Part shown: piece after piece, positions 40,588-54,654 of the stretch | Position numbering within the stretch: position 1 is the first letter of the stretch | Layout: every line of letters starts with the position of its first letter | Assembly (NCBI RefSeq): GCF_024521635.1 | Contig: NW_026250403.1 | Span: forward strand, 2,542,001-2,606,000 | Reading direction: 5' to 3' | Length of the DNA: 64,000 bases | Source of the DNA: Tricharina praecox | Taxonomy: Eukaryota | Notes under the pieces: model-generated | What the model was told of the DNA's origin: nothing | Seen by the model: only the letters and a program-made list of their open reading frames with translations | Database searches by the model: none | Made by a program: the position numbers and the translations under genes

Positions 40588-41285
40588 GATGAAGGATGGG
40601 CTAGAAAACTCAAGCTGGTACCTGTGGTGTCTGAGTTTTAAGGTATTGGCGTTCAAACAAACTTGATGCGCGAGCTGATTAGATTAACCACTTTCCTACA
40701 GGTAGATTAGATAATGATTCTCCTCAGGCGATCGGTTCGGAATCCACGTCCGTCGACAAGCTACAAATTTCACAGTAGGGTTCCGTTTGAGCTGAACTAC
40801 AATAGCAGCATCATCACGTACGCGAATAAACCTTCATTTGCAAAAAGGAGGACAATGGTTAACCAGCTCACCTGAATTGAAGAATTCGACGGACGCAGTG
40901 CACCGTGAGTTTAACTTGAAGATTTCGAACCCAAACCCAGCAGCGGAGTAATAGAGTGGGTTGTATCTCGGATCCGCTGAAGCTTCCGTACCATGCGTGC
41001 CTCCGTCGATCTTGGATCGATCTGGTTACCGGTCGCGAACTGGGCTTGAAATCCAGACTGACTGGGGACTCCCCACGTCACACAACAACTCAAGCTAAGA
41101 TTGGAGTAAGTTCATCGTCCATCCCTTTCACATCGCCAGCGAAGCACCCAAACCCGGAGACCCTACCGAACTTCACGAACAACGCTTTCGGTCGAGAAAC
41201 AATCCCAAGCGTCCCTCCTTGCGGCCCATCACACACGTTACGCTACGCTACCGGTTACCCGTGCCTCTCCGTCGCAGCCGCCGTG

Positions 41286-42633
41286 ATGGTGGCCGAGGCT
41301 GTTCCAACCTTCTTGGGTGTGCCCATGAGGCTGGTTTCGCTAGCTACGGTATGAGCCTGCGTTTTTCGAGAAAGAGAGAGATGCTTAGGAAGGCAATGCT
41401 GACTTTCACAAGCTCACGGTCCAAAACTCCGCCTTAATTCTTGTAATGCGAGACCCATATCCGAGCTGGAGAGACCACGACGCGCTGATCTGCCCAGATA
41501 ATGCACTATTCACGCATCATGCCGATGACGGGCTCGAACCGCTACCTCGCCTCCACCGCGGTGCTGCTGAACGAGGTCCTGAAGCTGGCGCTTTGTCTGG
41601 CGGTAGCCTTCCGGGACCGACGGAAGATTGACGGATCCATGTCGTCGTTGTCGACCACGGTGCAGAACCTGAGCTCGGAGATCTTTCGGCGCGACAGTTG
41701 GAAGTTGGCGATACCCGCGTGTCTATACACCATTCAGAACAGCTTGCAATATGTCGCTGTGTCGAATCTCGACGCGGCTGCGTTTCAGGTTACATACCAA
41801 CTTAAAATACTCACGACTGCTATCTTCAGTGTTACGCTACTCCACCGGAGACTAGATGCTACTAAGTGGCTGTCCTTGATCACTTTGACGGCAGGTGTAG
41901 CTATAGTTCAACTTCCTTCGCCTTCGTCGGCTCCGGATACAGACCATGCGCACCATCACCACAACCACCGCTCCGCAACGTACCAGGGCATCGTCGAAGA
42001 GCACGCCATGTCGACAATGGACCCTGCGAAAGGCCTCACCGCCGTTGTAATAGCATGCATGATCTCCGGGCTAGCCGGCGTCTACTTCGAGAAAGTTCTG
42101 AAGGGCTCCAGCACATCGCTCTGGATCCGCAATGTCCAGCTCTCGGTGTGGTCACTGCTCCCGGCAACCATCGGCGTCGTTTTCATGGACGGAGCACAGA
42201 TCATGGAGCGGGGCTTCTTCGAGGGCTACAATGATGTGGTATGGACGGCCATCGTCTTCCAGGCCTTCGGCGGAATCATCGTCGCGCTCTGCGTCAACTT
42301 CGCAGACAACATCGCGAAGAACTTTGCCACCAGCATCAGCATCCTGATCAGCTGCATAGCGAGCGTCTACTTCTTCGACTTCGTGGTCACGATCAATGTT
42401 CGTTCACCCCCATCCCATCCAGTCCCACACCACCCCCTCTAACAAGTCTGCAGTTCATCGTAGGAGCCGTCGTGGTCCTTTTCGCGACCTGGCTCTACTC
42501 GAAACCCGACTCGGCACCGCAATACGCTCCCGTGCAGAATAGCGAGCCTGAGACGGCGGCGGTGGAGGAGATCGAGTTCGATGTTGACATGGAGAAGGGA
42601 AGAAGAGGCTCGGGGGCTGGTCCGAAGCGGTGA
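41286..42633 (+). CDS. Golgi nucleotide-sugar (UDP-galactose-type, SLC35A/Gms1-like) transporter, multi-exon
   Basis: YLASTAVLLNEVLKL, KLAIPACLYTIQNSLQY, FQVTYQLKILTTA, SGLAGVYFEKVLK and ADNIAKNFATSISI. Confidence 0.9.
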
Positions 42634-45600
42634 TGATGATACCTCCTGCAAGCTGCAAGCATATAGATGGGGTTCGATATCCACCTCCCTTTTCCACACC
42701 CAGTAATGTCGGTTGAATTTGAAGTTTCGTGCATGGGCGATTATTGTATGGGTACTCGGGGAAGGAAGGGGATATGGTGTAGAATATAAAGCGAGCGCAT
42801 TTGGGTGTAATTTAGGATAATGGATGGATCGATGGGATATCACCACCCGGGAGCTGGCGCAATGCGTGACGAAACATGAACACGACGCTCGGGGGCCAAG
42901 GCTCTAGGTATGTAGAGTACTTACCCCGCCTCGCAGCCTCGGTGATGTGTTTCACACAGCAACATTCCTGTCAACCCAGCTGTTGGAACTTGGGACTTAG
43001 GACTTGGGCTCGCCGCACGCCCACTCCGCGGCGTTTAACCGCTCGTAAGTACTCTAAATGTCGGCCGAGGTGAGTCCACTTTGGGTACAGCATCACGAAT
43101 CCATTCCTTCGCCTCCCCCTCTGAGTCCTCCGAGTCTAACAGCCCTATCCTGCCTGCCTACGGTGAGTGAGCCCGCGCATAAAGCCTCCAGCCTCCTACC
43201 TCCTACCTCCAGCCTCCCTCCAGCATCAAGTCGCGCAGCACACTCGAAACATAGATACGGTACCAAGACGCTCACTGCCCAGTGCCCCCACGCCGCGCAC
43301 GGGAGTTCAACCCGTCTTACATACGCGGGGACAAAATGCAAATTGAACATCTCAACCGCCGCAGCCCTATGGTAGATATTACCTACACATACTCTAGTTG
43401 GACATACGGTAAGCCGGTGTGTCTGCCATCTGGGTGTCTTAGGGATGGGGTAGATATCGCTGATTTGAGACTCCAACAATCGATCCGGCGAGCAACTGCG
43501 AGCAAGCGCTCGGAGTGGATGGTTGATTTATCATTTACCGCCGGTAATGGCTCCAAGACACGCACTTTTGGACAACTCATGCGCGTATGTGGAGGACTGC
43601 GCCTGTTGGCCATTTGCTCTGTGCTCCATAGGTACTTTAACGCCGGTCTTGCAGAAGGGAAAAGCTCTAGCGCCGACGGGAATTCTAGAGATTCAGCTGC
43701 TTTGGTCTCTGTTGAAAAGGCTTGAACCGCGGCCGCCGATTAGGTCTTTGTTGGCGACGCCGTGGGGATGCTTTGGGAGCGACATCCTCCCGAGTCCCAA
43801 CCGTGATACCTGAACAAGAAGCCCGAAGTCACAAGTGAAGCTCTTTGTTGCCATCCGACACAGTACAGTACCTACCAGTATGTAAGCTTGTGTACCGTAC
43901 TCTAGTAAGGGCAGAAGTGAACGCCCTGCTGTCCTACTGCCAACAGCCAGCTTGGCATCCGGGGCATACATGATTTGCCAGGGAGAGGCGGAAGTTGTGG
44001 GCAAGGAGAGAGCGAGAGAGCGAGAGAGAACTGCAGAGATGGAGAGAGAGTTCGGACTGTATGCTGTGGGATGTCTTTTTCCACAAGAAATGGCCTTTTA
44101 TTGTCTTTGCACGAACGACGCGACGGTTGGAATGGCTTGCTTACTTGTTATAATGTCTCTGATTTTTTCTACCACTTACCAGGTGCTTTTTGTTGGTCTT
44201 TCGTCGCTTCTGTGCTTTTCTTGCATTGTCTATTTATTCCATTTCACCATCTGTCAAGTCAAGTCATTCTCTCTCAGCGTCGCCACAGCCTCTTGCTGTA
44301 TGCTGCTTGGAATTTGTAAATCTCTCAGACGGGTTCAGGGCGGATAGAAGATATGGGGTTTCCACGAGACGAGAACGACCAGACAGGCACTGGGTGAGTG
44401 ACACTATATGAGCTCGTTCAGAGCGTTCGGGGCGTTTCTGGCCACTGCTCGTCGTCGCTTCATCGGGGCGGGCTATGCGATCTTTGGTACTCTACATACC
44501 ATTTCGGTATGTCCAATGTCCATGGGCCTTCCTTTTCCGTCATTCCTGTGCGTTCGTCGCACGCCCGTCCGCCCGAATGGAGCCCGAATGGAACAGTTCG
44601 CAAGGCGATGCGGCGGCGGCGGCTCCGTGATCGGCGGCTTGGCTTGGACTCTTGGCTGAGTACACAGAGTACATGGAATTGGAAGTGGAAGTCAGATGGG
44701 CTGCTGCGATACTTTTGGTTTCGTTGCAATTGCATACATGCTCTACTAATGTACCACTGAGAGGTTATATCGTAAGGCCCGCCATGTTGTGGAATTCAAT
44801 CGGCAAAGGTGTCGGAGTACTTAATCTTTGTCGTCAGGCCCCCTATGTACAATACTCGTTGATGGTGCACCGTGCTCACGGGTATCGTGGTCGGCGCAGA
44901 GAGAGCCGGGTTGCTACATATACGAAGTGAAGACGAGAGCTGAAAATGAACGACGGGTTGTCGTTAGGTAGCTGAGAAGTACTCTAGATGGCCTCCTGCC
45001 AAGACGAGTGCGAGGTTATGGGTGCGAGTGTGGAGCCGGGGGGGAAGGGGGAGGCTGATCGCATTGATCTGTTCTCATTTACTCTACAAAGTATCCGGAC
45101 ACGCAGCCATTTTGTTGGATGAAGCCTTTCCTTAATCAGCCGTTTCTCGTCCAAAATCTCCGGTTCGAGCGAAGATTTGGATTGCCATGCGTGCATACTC
45201 GGGAAATTCGATCGCGCCAGAGTAAAAGGCTCCTCCGGATACTTTATGCCCCCACAGGTGTGTGCCTGGCCCGGGTTAGTCCGTCGGTCGGTCCGCTGCA
45301 ACATGGCCCGGTCCCCACTCCTGCTGCGACAAAAAGCCTGTTCCGGAGCAATCGAAGGATTCGCTCATGATTGCGATGTGGCGGCGGCGTCTTGGCTGGG
45401 TGGCGCCAAAGCGATGGTTTTCAGGGTTTCTCCCACGATGGCTGTTGACCAAGAGAGCTTAACGGAGATCATGGCGTCATCGGCGGAATGTTTCTGAGTC
45501 GCTAAAGCAGGCAGGTAGGGTGTCCATGTGCGGGTGTGTATGTAAGTCCGGAATGTATGTCCATAGAGTACCCTAGAGTGCTGCTCCGTGTCTTGGTTTC

Positions 45601-48043
45601 AGATGTAGAAGCACATTACCGTGCGATGGATGGAGCATGCGAGGGGAAGCTTCCGCTCACGCAGAGGAAGCAGCGGAACGTGAATGGAGGTCAAGAACGC
45701 GACGAGACAGAACAACGGAATTGCTCGAGACTAGCAAGGTTGCGGGGGGCCTCTGCTGTCCCTGCCTCACTCCGCTTCTGAGCTTATCGATTGTGCTCAG
45801 CCTTCCTTTCCTGCTCCGCTCGGTTAGCGAAAGGATTGGGGTGCGCATCTGCACTGCATGCGTGGGTCGGGGGAGGGTGGGGGATCCGGATTCCCCTCGA
45901 AGCCTCTCCGCGCTCTCTCGATGGCGTACCTACCGTATGATGGCCGCCGGCTGACTGCGCACCACCGACCACCGCCTCGATCTAAAACATGTCGCATCTT
46001 GGAGACCGCACGCATATGTGCGCAGAATGCACCATGGCCGCGGGGAGGTGGCCACGACCCCGCCAGTCGCTTGCGGACCCCTCTCCCAAGCACCAGTTTG
46101 CTTGCATGCGGACACCTCATTCACTCGAGTAACTCGAGTAGCATCCCGCGCATGCCCCCCGTGGCCCCAGGGGAGCGCCCAATGCGCGAAGCCCCTTCTC
46201 GTCGCCGAATCCAGAGCTGCTGCTGCGGATACTTACCCTGGAGTCTAGCTATGCCACTGCTTCTCTCTGCCAGTACCTGCTCCACTGGTAGTCGCACACG
46301 AACCCAGACGTGACGGAGCGCACCTCCCCACCACCTCCGCACCACCACCTCCTCACCACCTCACCACCTTGCATGCAGCACTTAGAGTGCCTACGAGGTC
46401 GATACCCTGCCTACTCTGCGCGATGTGGTCCGGCATGTCGTCGTCTTTGTCGCTGGGTGGACGACTGCTCTCGGAGTCCAGGGCGGTGCAGAGCTCCAAA
46501 GTGAGTGGCAAGTGCCCTGGGTACGTACCTGCCTCGCGCTCAATTCCAGAACGCACTCTATGTACTCTACGTACCCACACACGTCCTCCTGGCGGGCATC
46601 GTCTGGAGAGTAGAGTAGACACCGCACATCGCAATGAACCGCGCCTCACCGAAACTTGCTCACGACCCAGTCACGTCGCCGTGGCCATCTCATCGACGGC
46701 CTGTCTCCCGCCCCCAAGAAAAAGTCCCAGCCCTAAATCCTCAGCCGCAGCCTGTACATACAAGTATCTATATACGCACGTACCTGGTCGGATGCACGAC
46801 GCTCGCTGCTTGCAAATTCCTCTGCGCACCCGCAAACCTGACTAAGTCCAGCGTTACGTGAGTCGCAGTGGCTGAAAATGCCGGGGAACTGGTGTTTCCA
46901 ACTTTCCAATGTCCATGCCGCCCGCGTCCACTAGAGTGCATCCGTCCGCCTGAAGCTGTAATCATACGGACGAGGAAAACAGAAATAAAGGAGGAATGCA
47001 GCTAAAAACCCAAGCACCTGTCCCTCTTATGGCACGCATCCTGTACGCTGCGAAGCTCGCTCGGCTTGCTTGTTTTTCTTGCCAGTTCTCGCTTGCCATC
47101 CTGTCTCAAATTCCGCCTGGGTCCTGGCCCTCCTCTTCTCCTTCTCATCACCTCTTCCTCCCTGCCTCCCTCCCGCTTCTTTATCTTCCGTCCCTTCTAC
47201 CTCTCGACTTCCTTTGTCTTCTCCTCCTGCTTCCTTCCTCCGATCACCCACCCAATTTTCTTTCATCGATTTTATATGCACCCAAGTCTCGCACAGCCTC
47301 CTCCGACTCCATCTCTTTGACCCCCCCCCCCCCCCCCCCCAATCCTCCACCCGCCAAACCACCGCACACCACACCACCACCTCCTCCACCTCCACCTCCA
47401 ATCTCCATTCGCTCCCGCATACCAGCAGTCAATCGCAGACCCCTATTGCGAATTTGATTCGGTTGATAGCGCGTTGCATATTCTTCCAACATCTAGGTCC
47501 GAGACACTACCAGCAGCCCGGTTACCCAGCACTGCCACCGCCCATCAAACACACCAAATAGCAGCCAAGCCCGGTCACAAGGACGAGAAAAAATAATAAA
47601 GACCCAATAGCTCTTGTTCCTCGAAGTCTCGAACATGTGTAAGCTTCCGCCGCTACTTCTACCTTTGTGCTTCCAGGCTTTCAACTCTGCTCTTCCTTTC
47701 CCCCGCTTTCCGTCTTCCCACACTCCCCCATTTGGAGCTCGTTCGTGGTGATCCCTATACCTTCCCCCCCTTCCTGCGGCCCATCCATCTTCTCTGTCAC
47801 TTCTCTTCCCCCTTCGTCGATGCCAGAATATAACACTATTTGCTACCGCCGTGCCTTCGTGTCATCCACCGACCGCCAACCCTCTTCCCCTGCGACTTCC
47901 AATTGGCGCGCTTGCTCGTCTCGGCAAATTTGAAAGAAGCTAATCATCGCTCCCTGGCGGTGCTTGCGCGCCTGCCTGGATTTTTGGATCTTGTAGGGAA
48001 GCTTAAGAGGCGATTCAGCTCGTTCACTCGGACGTGCAAACAC

Positions 48044-49621
48044 ATGCCGCAATTGATGGATGATGTTGAGGGGGACGCGGGCAGCACGGAGGCGGACGGA
48101 TTGTTGAATGGGAATGGAAACGGTCACCACGCATCTTATGGAGGAGCGCAAGAACGCCCGCGCAAGCCCAGGAGGAGATCCCATACATTTTGCAGCTACT
48201 TGTACCACAAGCTCCGGATCGTCCTGACTAGCAATTATGTCAACGTCTTCTTGGTCTTCGTTCCTCTCGGCATTCTCGCTGGCGAACTCGGTTGGCCATC
48301 GACGGCTATTTTCGTTCTCAACTTCTTGGCCATCATTCCGCTTGCGGCGCTGCTGAGCTTTGCCACGGAGGAGCTTTCTCTCGAGGTTGGCGAGACGCTG
48401 GGTGGTCTGATGAATGCTACCTTCGGCAATGCGGTTGAACTGATTGTGAGTTCACCACCGTTGATTTCTTTTTTTTCCTTATTGCGAGCAAATTTACTGA
48501 CTAGCGCGCGGGGTCTCAGGTCAGTGTTGTCGCCCTCACCAAGGGTGAGATTCGCATCGTGCAAGCCAGCATGTTGGGCAGCATTTTGTCGAATATTTTA
48601 CTGGTATGTAGCATCTTCCGCCGGCGCCGCGCAAGCGCGCGCGGTTTGACGGGAGTGGTTCGCTCACAGAGGATGCACTGCAGGTTCTAGGAATGTGTTT
48701 CTTCTTTGGCGGATTGAAATACCACGAGCAGACCTTCAACAGCACGGTAGCTTCAACGATGTCATCCCTGATGGCAGTGGCAACCTCATCGTTGATCATC
48801 CCCGCCGCTCTTTACGCTACTATGGCCAAGACGGAGAAGCCCGACTTCGACCAGATTCTGCTTTTGTCGAGGGGAACTTCCATCGTCATCCTGATCCTCT
48901 ATGTCATGTACCTGGTCTTCCAGCTGAAGACTCACACCGACCTCTTCGTGGGCACCAACGACCTGGACGAGAATGGGGAGCCAGTGACACCTGAGCCGGC
49001 GTTGCTCACTCCCTGGGAAGCTGGTATCGTCTTAGTCCTCGTGACGGTCCTCGTGGCTATCTGCGCAGAGTACTTAGTCGGATCGATCGAGGGAATCGTA
49101 AAGACTTCCGGGATCAGTAAGACGTTCATCGGATTGATTCTCATCCCGATCGTGGGCAATGCGGCGGAGCATGTCACTGCCATCGTGGTGGCGATGAAGG
49201 ACAAGGTATGCGCAGTCCCACACCCGTTTCCGGATATATCCCGGATGAAGGAGCTAACAACGCGTTTCACAGATGGACCTGGCTATTGGAGTGGCTATCG
49301 GGAGTAGTATGCAGATTGCACTCCTCGTTACGCCGTTCCTGGTCATCCTCGGATGGATCATTGGTCAGCCGATGAGTCTGTATTTCCAGACATTCGAAAC
49401 GGTGGTGTTCTTTGTGAGCACCTACCTCACCTACTACGTTGTCCAGGACGGAAAGAGCAACTACCTTGAGGGGGCAATGCTGCTCGGAATGTAAGAACAT
49501 CTACGCGTCGCTCCCCTCTCCACATCGAAACTGACACGTACCCCCCCCTAGTTACACCATCATCGCCCTTAGCTTCTACGTCTATCCCGACAATGGCGGC
49601 GACCCCGGCACCCCTTCATAG
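48044..49621 (+). CDS. VCX1: Ca2+/H+ exchanger (CAX family); start codon uncertain
   Basis: Alpha-1 repeat [27 protein letters not shown], alpha-2 repeat PIVGNAAEH and [10 protein letters not shown] branch point/acceptor at ~47940-47997 implies an upstream exon. Confidence 0.9.
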
Positions 49622-50678
49622 GTGCCACCCACGGACGAGTGGACTCCCTCGATAATAGCAGAAATTGCGTTTTCCTTTTGTCATTTGCACGATCACAAGC
49701 GGATCACGATATCTCACAGGAGAATTTCCTTTGTTTCGATCCGTTTCTTCTTTTTCTGAGATTGGTTCGCGGGGCCGGATCACCAGTCGCGAAGGCAAAA
49801 AAAAGAGTATGGATCATGGAGTTCAGGTCTCAGGGTAAAGGGAGGGGGAAGGGGATTGGTTTTTTTAATCGATTGTAATCCATGCACGCACACTCGTGTT
49901 CACTTTGTACCATACCATTCATTCATTCGGCATCATCGCATCGGCAAGCCTTCGATACATGATCTGTATATTTTATTTGATGTGGCGTGCATGTAAGTGT
50001 TGTTTTATTTTCAAGTTGTATCTAGATTCTAGAGTTTCAAATGTGGAATTGATTTGGTATAGGTACTGGACGGTGTGTGGTTCGGTGCGTGCTTCGACTT
50101 CGACGATTGGAGTGTGGATATTACCACTCTCTGGCGCTCGACGGGCCCGTGGACGCCATCTCGCTAGCTAGCACTTCTCCTGATCATCGCCTGCAACATG
50201 GAGATTTGGGAAGGGCTTGAACAGCGCAGTGACAGCAGATGAAGCCCGGGAGGAATCAATGCCGATGGCGATGCTACATGTCTACTCTACGGATACGTGC
50301 CCAATAGGGGAGGGATACGTAGTGGCGGGGACGGCGGCCGGAGCCACCGCCGCCGCCGTTGGTAGAGTACATACCTACCCTGTCTGTAGGGTCTGAAGGA
50401 TGGATGGCTTCGAAGTTCGCGCATCCGCTTGACCATCTCGGCGATGCAGAAGTGGGATTGAGATCTCATCGTCGGATGCGTGACGTACCGTATCGTACTG
50501 TGCATAGGATGTCCGCCCCAAAACACGCACACTTCCGCGTCGGCTGCGCGCGGAAGTACCTAGGAAAAAAAAACCCTCACCACCGCCGCCACCACTAGCC
50601 ACCGCCACCAGCGCGACCACCACCACGACCACGGTCTACTTCGACCACCACGACCACCCCACTACAACACTACAAACA

Positions 50679-51607
50679 ATGTTCTCCCTCGGCCCCCGAA
50701 TACACCGCCGCTTCCTGCGGACGCGCATCCGCTCTTTACTCGTGCGCCCTTCCCCCTCCGCGCCCCCGGCGCCCGCTGCGCCCGCCATCCCCGCCGGTCC
50801 GCCACCACCCCCACCGCCCCCAGAAGGGTTAACAGCGTTCTCCTACCACTGGGAAACGGTCCCCCCCACCCCCACCCAACTCAGCTACGCAGACAGCTTC
50901 TTCACGCGGGGCATCCCGTCGAAGCACTTGTGGTCGCAAGCGAAATTCGGCGCAATAGAGATCGGGACGTCTCCCGAGGTGGTATTTCTCGGGCGCAGCA
51001 ACGTGGGGAAGAGCAGTCTGCTGAATGCCATGATGGGACATGCCGGGCTGGCGTTTACGAGTAGTAAGCCCGGGCGCACGAGGCTGCTGAGTGCCTTTGC
51101 CGTTAATGGGGGGAAGGCGGTCGTTGTGGATTGTCCGGGTTATGGGCATGCGTCTAGAGAGGAGTGGGGCGTGCAGGTTATGAAGTATTTGAAGAGTCGG
51201 AAACAGTGAGTGTCCGCGAGGGAGGGGGGGATGTGGGGTAGCGGGGAAGGGCGATGGCTGATTGGATGGGATGGAATAGGTTCCGCAGGGCGTTCGTGCT
51301 GCTGGATGCACGGCATGGGCCAAAGTCGAGTGATATCATGTTGCTAGAGCACCTGGGGCGGGAGGGGATCTCGTTCCAGGTTGTGCTGAGCAAGGTTGAT
51401 GCTGTGAACCAGCGGGACGGGAGCTTGCGGGGTGCGTTTGAGGACACGAAGTATCTGCTCGAGACTGGAATAGCGGGCGTGACCGGGTTGGGGGAGGTGA
51501 TCGGTGTGGCCCCTAACCCGGCAAAGAAGGGGGTAGCGAAGATCGGGATTAGTCAGTTGAGGTGGAGTGTGCTTGTTGCTTGCGGCTTGGACGCGGGCGT
51601 GAAATAA
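50679..51607 (+). CDS. EngB/YihA-family GTPase (Mrx8-like, probably mitochondrial), 2 exons
   Basis: Arg-rich leader, G1 GRSNVGKSS, SSKPGRT, G3 DCPGYG, G4 SKVD; intron ~51207-51279. Confidence 0.9.
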
Positions 51608-51769
51608 TTGCGAACGGTAGGGCTCAAAGGATAAGTGGCCGAGTGACATGCGGTGATTCGGAAACATCAACATCAATTCGCGGTATCATTGTTAAAGCAA
51701 CCAAAACTCCCCAGGACTAAAGTTAAAAGTACACATATATGTAGGCTGTAGCCAGGCATCACCTCGTAT

Positions 51770-52675
51770 TTACGCCTTCCTAGCCCTCTTCCTAGTAACC
51801 CTCTCCTGGGTAGCTGCAAACTCCTCTTCCGTCGGTATGGCGGCAGCACGCTTGGTAGCCCGCTTCTTCTTCCCCGCGCCGCCATACTTCGCCTCCAATC
51901 CGGCGATCATAGCATCCATCCTATTCGCGCCACGGCCTCTGATGAGGGCCGCAAGCGCCGCAGTATCCTCCTCGCCGTCCTTCTTCCCCGCTTTCCCCTT
52001 CGCCTTCCCCTTCTTATCACCAAACAACTCCTCGTGCACCCCCAACCTCCTCGCCGCCTCCTCCGCCTCCTCCGCCTCCTTCTTCGCAGTCCTCACCCTC
52101 CTCTTCCTCTTCGCCTCCCCCTCCTTCCGATACGCCACATAGCTCTCCACCTCCCCCGCCCCAATCGCCTTATCAATATACCCCCGAAACCTCTCCTCAT
52201 CCACGAGAGGATCTGAGCAGACCACATTCTCAAAGACGAAGTCGAGATCCCCCTTCCCGTCCACATACGCCTTCAGCACATCCTTCCCCTCCTCCTCACT
52301 GCTTTGATACTGCAACTTGTACTCCTCAACCGCATCCTTGTTCACCGCGGTATACTGCGCGGCAAAAAACTCCGCCCAATCGAACCCCTCCTCCCCATCC
52401 CCATCACCGCCGAGGACACTCTCGTCAGTAGACCCCGTGCGATCGTAACGCGCTCGCCGCCCAGCGTCGCTGAGAATGCTGTACGCAAACGCGAGCTCTT
52501 GGAATTCCACGTGCGCCGCGTCGCGAGAGCTGGTCGGGGCTTTGTCGGGGTGTCGCAACAAAGCGAGTTTGCGGTACGCACTCCGGATTTCGGCCGCTGT
52601 GGCGGTAAGGGGGACGGAGAGGACGACGTAGGGGTCGAGGGTGGTGGCGTTGGTTGGGAGGGAGGAGGAGGACAT
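51770..52675 (-). CDS. J-domain co-chaperone, DNAJC9-like, single exon
   Basis: DPYVVL...IRSAYRKLALLRHPDK...FQELAFAYSILSD...RRARYDRTG, YQSSEEEGKDVLKAY and a basic C-terminus. Confidence 0.9.
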   Translation of the reverse strand: MSSSSLPTNATTLDPYVVLSVPLTATAAEIRSAYRKLALLRHPDKAPTSSRDAAHVEFQELAFAYSILSDAGRRARYDRTGSTDESVLGGDGDGEEGFDWAEFFAAQYTAVNKDAVEEYKLQYQSSEEEGKDVLKAYVDGKGDLDFVFENVVCSDPLVDEERFRGYIDKAIGAGEVESYVAYRKEGEAKRKRRVRTAKKEAEEAEEAARRLGVHEELFGDKKGKAKGKAGKKDGEEDTAALAALIRGRGANRMDAMIAGLEAKYGGAGKKKRATKRAAAIPTEEEFAATQERVTRKRARKA

Positions 52676-54565
52676 GCTGGCGTGGTTGGGGGTGTGCGGA
52701 GTGCGTGTAGGCGGGGGAGGCGGCGGGATTGAGGGCGGATAGAGGACGGATTGATTCGAATGGAGGGGTGTCGTCACTTCGTGCGCTAGGTTTGAGGGCG
52801 GAGGTGGAGGTGGAGATGGAGAGGGAACACGGTTTTGTGGAGGTGTGGACGATTAGAGTACTAGTTATTGCTAGACGACGCGCCACGGTGGACGTGTTAT
52901 GCTCGCGCCAAGACTAGTACTGGTACCTACAGGCGCACAATTCATCACTCGATTGGCTACCTTTCATGGACTTTTCTCGATTGCCTGCTGCTAAGGTCTA
53001 CCATTCATCCTACACCCACACACCTACTCCTCACCCCTACGTTTACGTGTATCTAGGTTCCTCTCAATCTCCGCCCAGTTCACCATCTTGGTTTTGTCAC
53101 ATGGAGTTATCACCACCATTCACTCGTCCCACGTGGTTTTGCGGCATCAGACGCTTTCAAGACAGTCTCGTGGACGTCCTTTACTTTACTGCAATGGGTA
53201 GTACCGAGAGGGGTAACCTATATGCAAGCGATCCATGGTTACAGAATCTTGGAAGTCATTCGTGCATCAGAGTGACTTTCGGTGAGGCTCCCTACCTACA
53301 TACTCTCGACGACAACGGCGGAACTTGCACTCGCGGCATTCATTAGTTACAGGCTCGGCCCTCGACGACATAGTTTCCCCTCTATATAGGAGTTGGTTTC
53401 GGGAGTGCGGTTTGTTGAAGGGATTATGCGGTTCTACGTACCTAGCTAGGTCGAGCTATGTATCTACAGCAGCTGCAATGGTTTTTCACGGCGGAGCAGA
53501 AGCTATCAGTTCCCTCGCTACCCGTGGTTGCACATCTGACGAAGCCGGCGTCCTGAATCCTAATGAACCTCAGTTTCACCTTCCGTCCAGCCTCACATCT
53601 TCCTCACCCCTCACCCCTCAGACCTCTTGATATGTAGCATTGTATGTAGCATTGGATGTAGCATGGAGAACTCTGGTGTATGTCTCGCGATGTGGTTGGC
53701 GTTCGGAGCAGTACTGCAGATACAATTGAAACCTCCCGAATGATGCAAAATCATCATGAGCCTGGTCAGCCGTCAATGAAGAATCGAGACGAACGAGAGA
53801 CTGTGACACTATGTCCCCGCTCCCCTCGGCTCCTACACACCTATGCCGTTGAGCGGGACCGCATCCATGATCCTACAGCTCGCACTTCGGAACAGCCGAG
53901 TCTGAGCCAATGCTGCTTCAGGACATGTATATAGGAAGCACTTGATCATGCCTAGCGGCTGGTTTGCTCTGTTCGACCGGTCGCCGAATCGACAGTTCAC
54001 GTCATTGAATGACGACGTTTCGCCGACCATTTGTTTGAACAGATGGAGCGACTCCGTATCAACCGACGGACTGGGTTGCGTTTGGCAGGTTACACTGGGG
54101 GCGATGTTTACAAATCTGCGGTTACAATTGAAGGAAATGAAGTCGTCATGCTTTCTCTTTTGCTTTCGATCGTCACTATTTTGTACCTTCACTTTGGCAT
54201 CAGCATTTCGTCGCTGAGAGTTTGTCGACTTCGCCGTGCGCAAATCTTGTTACAGTACGATAGGCCTCAAACGGTGGTTCACAAGAGACTGCAAGATGAG
54301 AGGAATACTAGAGCATCGATAACAAGATTGCGGCTATGGCATATTTAAGGATATAACAAATAAATTCCTCCAATATTGTTCACTTTTCAACGGTGATTGC
54401 AGAGAACCACACATCGACGAGCGATCAACATTCGAGCCTGCAGACTGAATGTTTCGCCCCTACGATCAGAGTACTGAACAGGTCCTTCGAATCTATCATT
54501 GAAAAATCCAATGTTAGCGGTCATCCCAATTGCGAGTGAAGCAAATAACGAGTAAAGAAACAGAA

Positions 54566-54654
54566 TCAGTAATCTGCCCGGTCAAGGGCGGCTTCATCAA
54601 CACCTAAAGAGGCTATGAAGACCGTCGTGAGTTTGATTGATAGATTTTCATCAT
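54566..54654 (-). ncRNA. snR73: Box C/D snoRNA, snR73-type (25S Cm2959)
   Basis: ATGATGA...TTGATGA(C')...CTGA; guide CTCACGACGGTCT versus LSU AGACCGUCGUGAG. Confidence 0.88.

Noticed and set aside
46229-46241. U1 snRNA 5' end-like ATACTTACCCTGG
   Set aside because: Extra C, and none of the downstream U1 stem-loop or Sm motifs follow.
43000-47000. Telomerase RNA, RNase P or MRP RNA in the long intergenic region
   Set aside because: No TAACCCTAA-type template and no matching pair of P4 pseudoknot motifs found by eye; a covariance search would be needed to exclude them fully.
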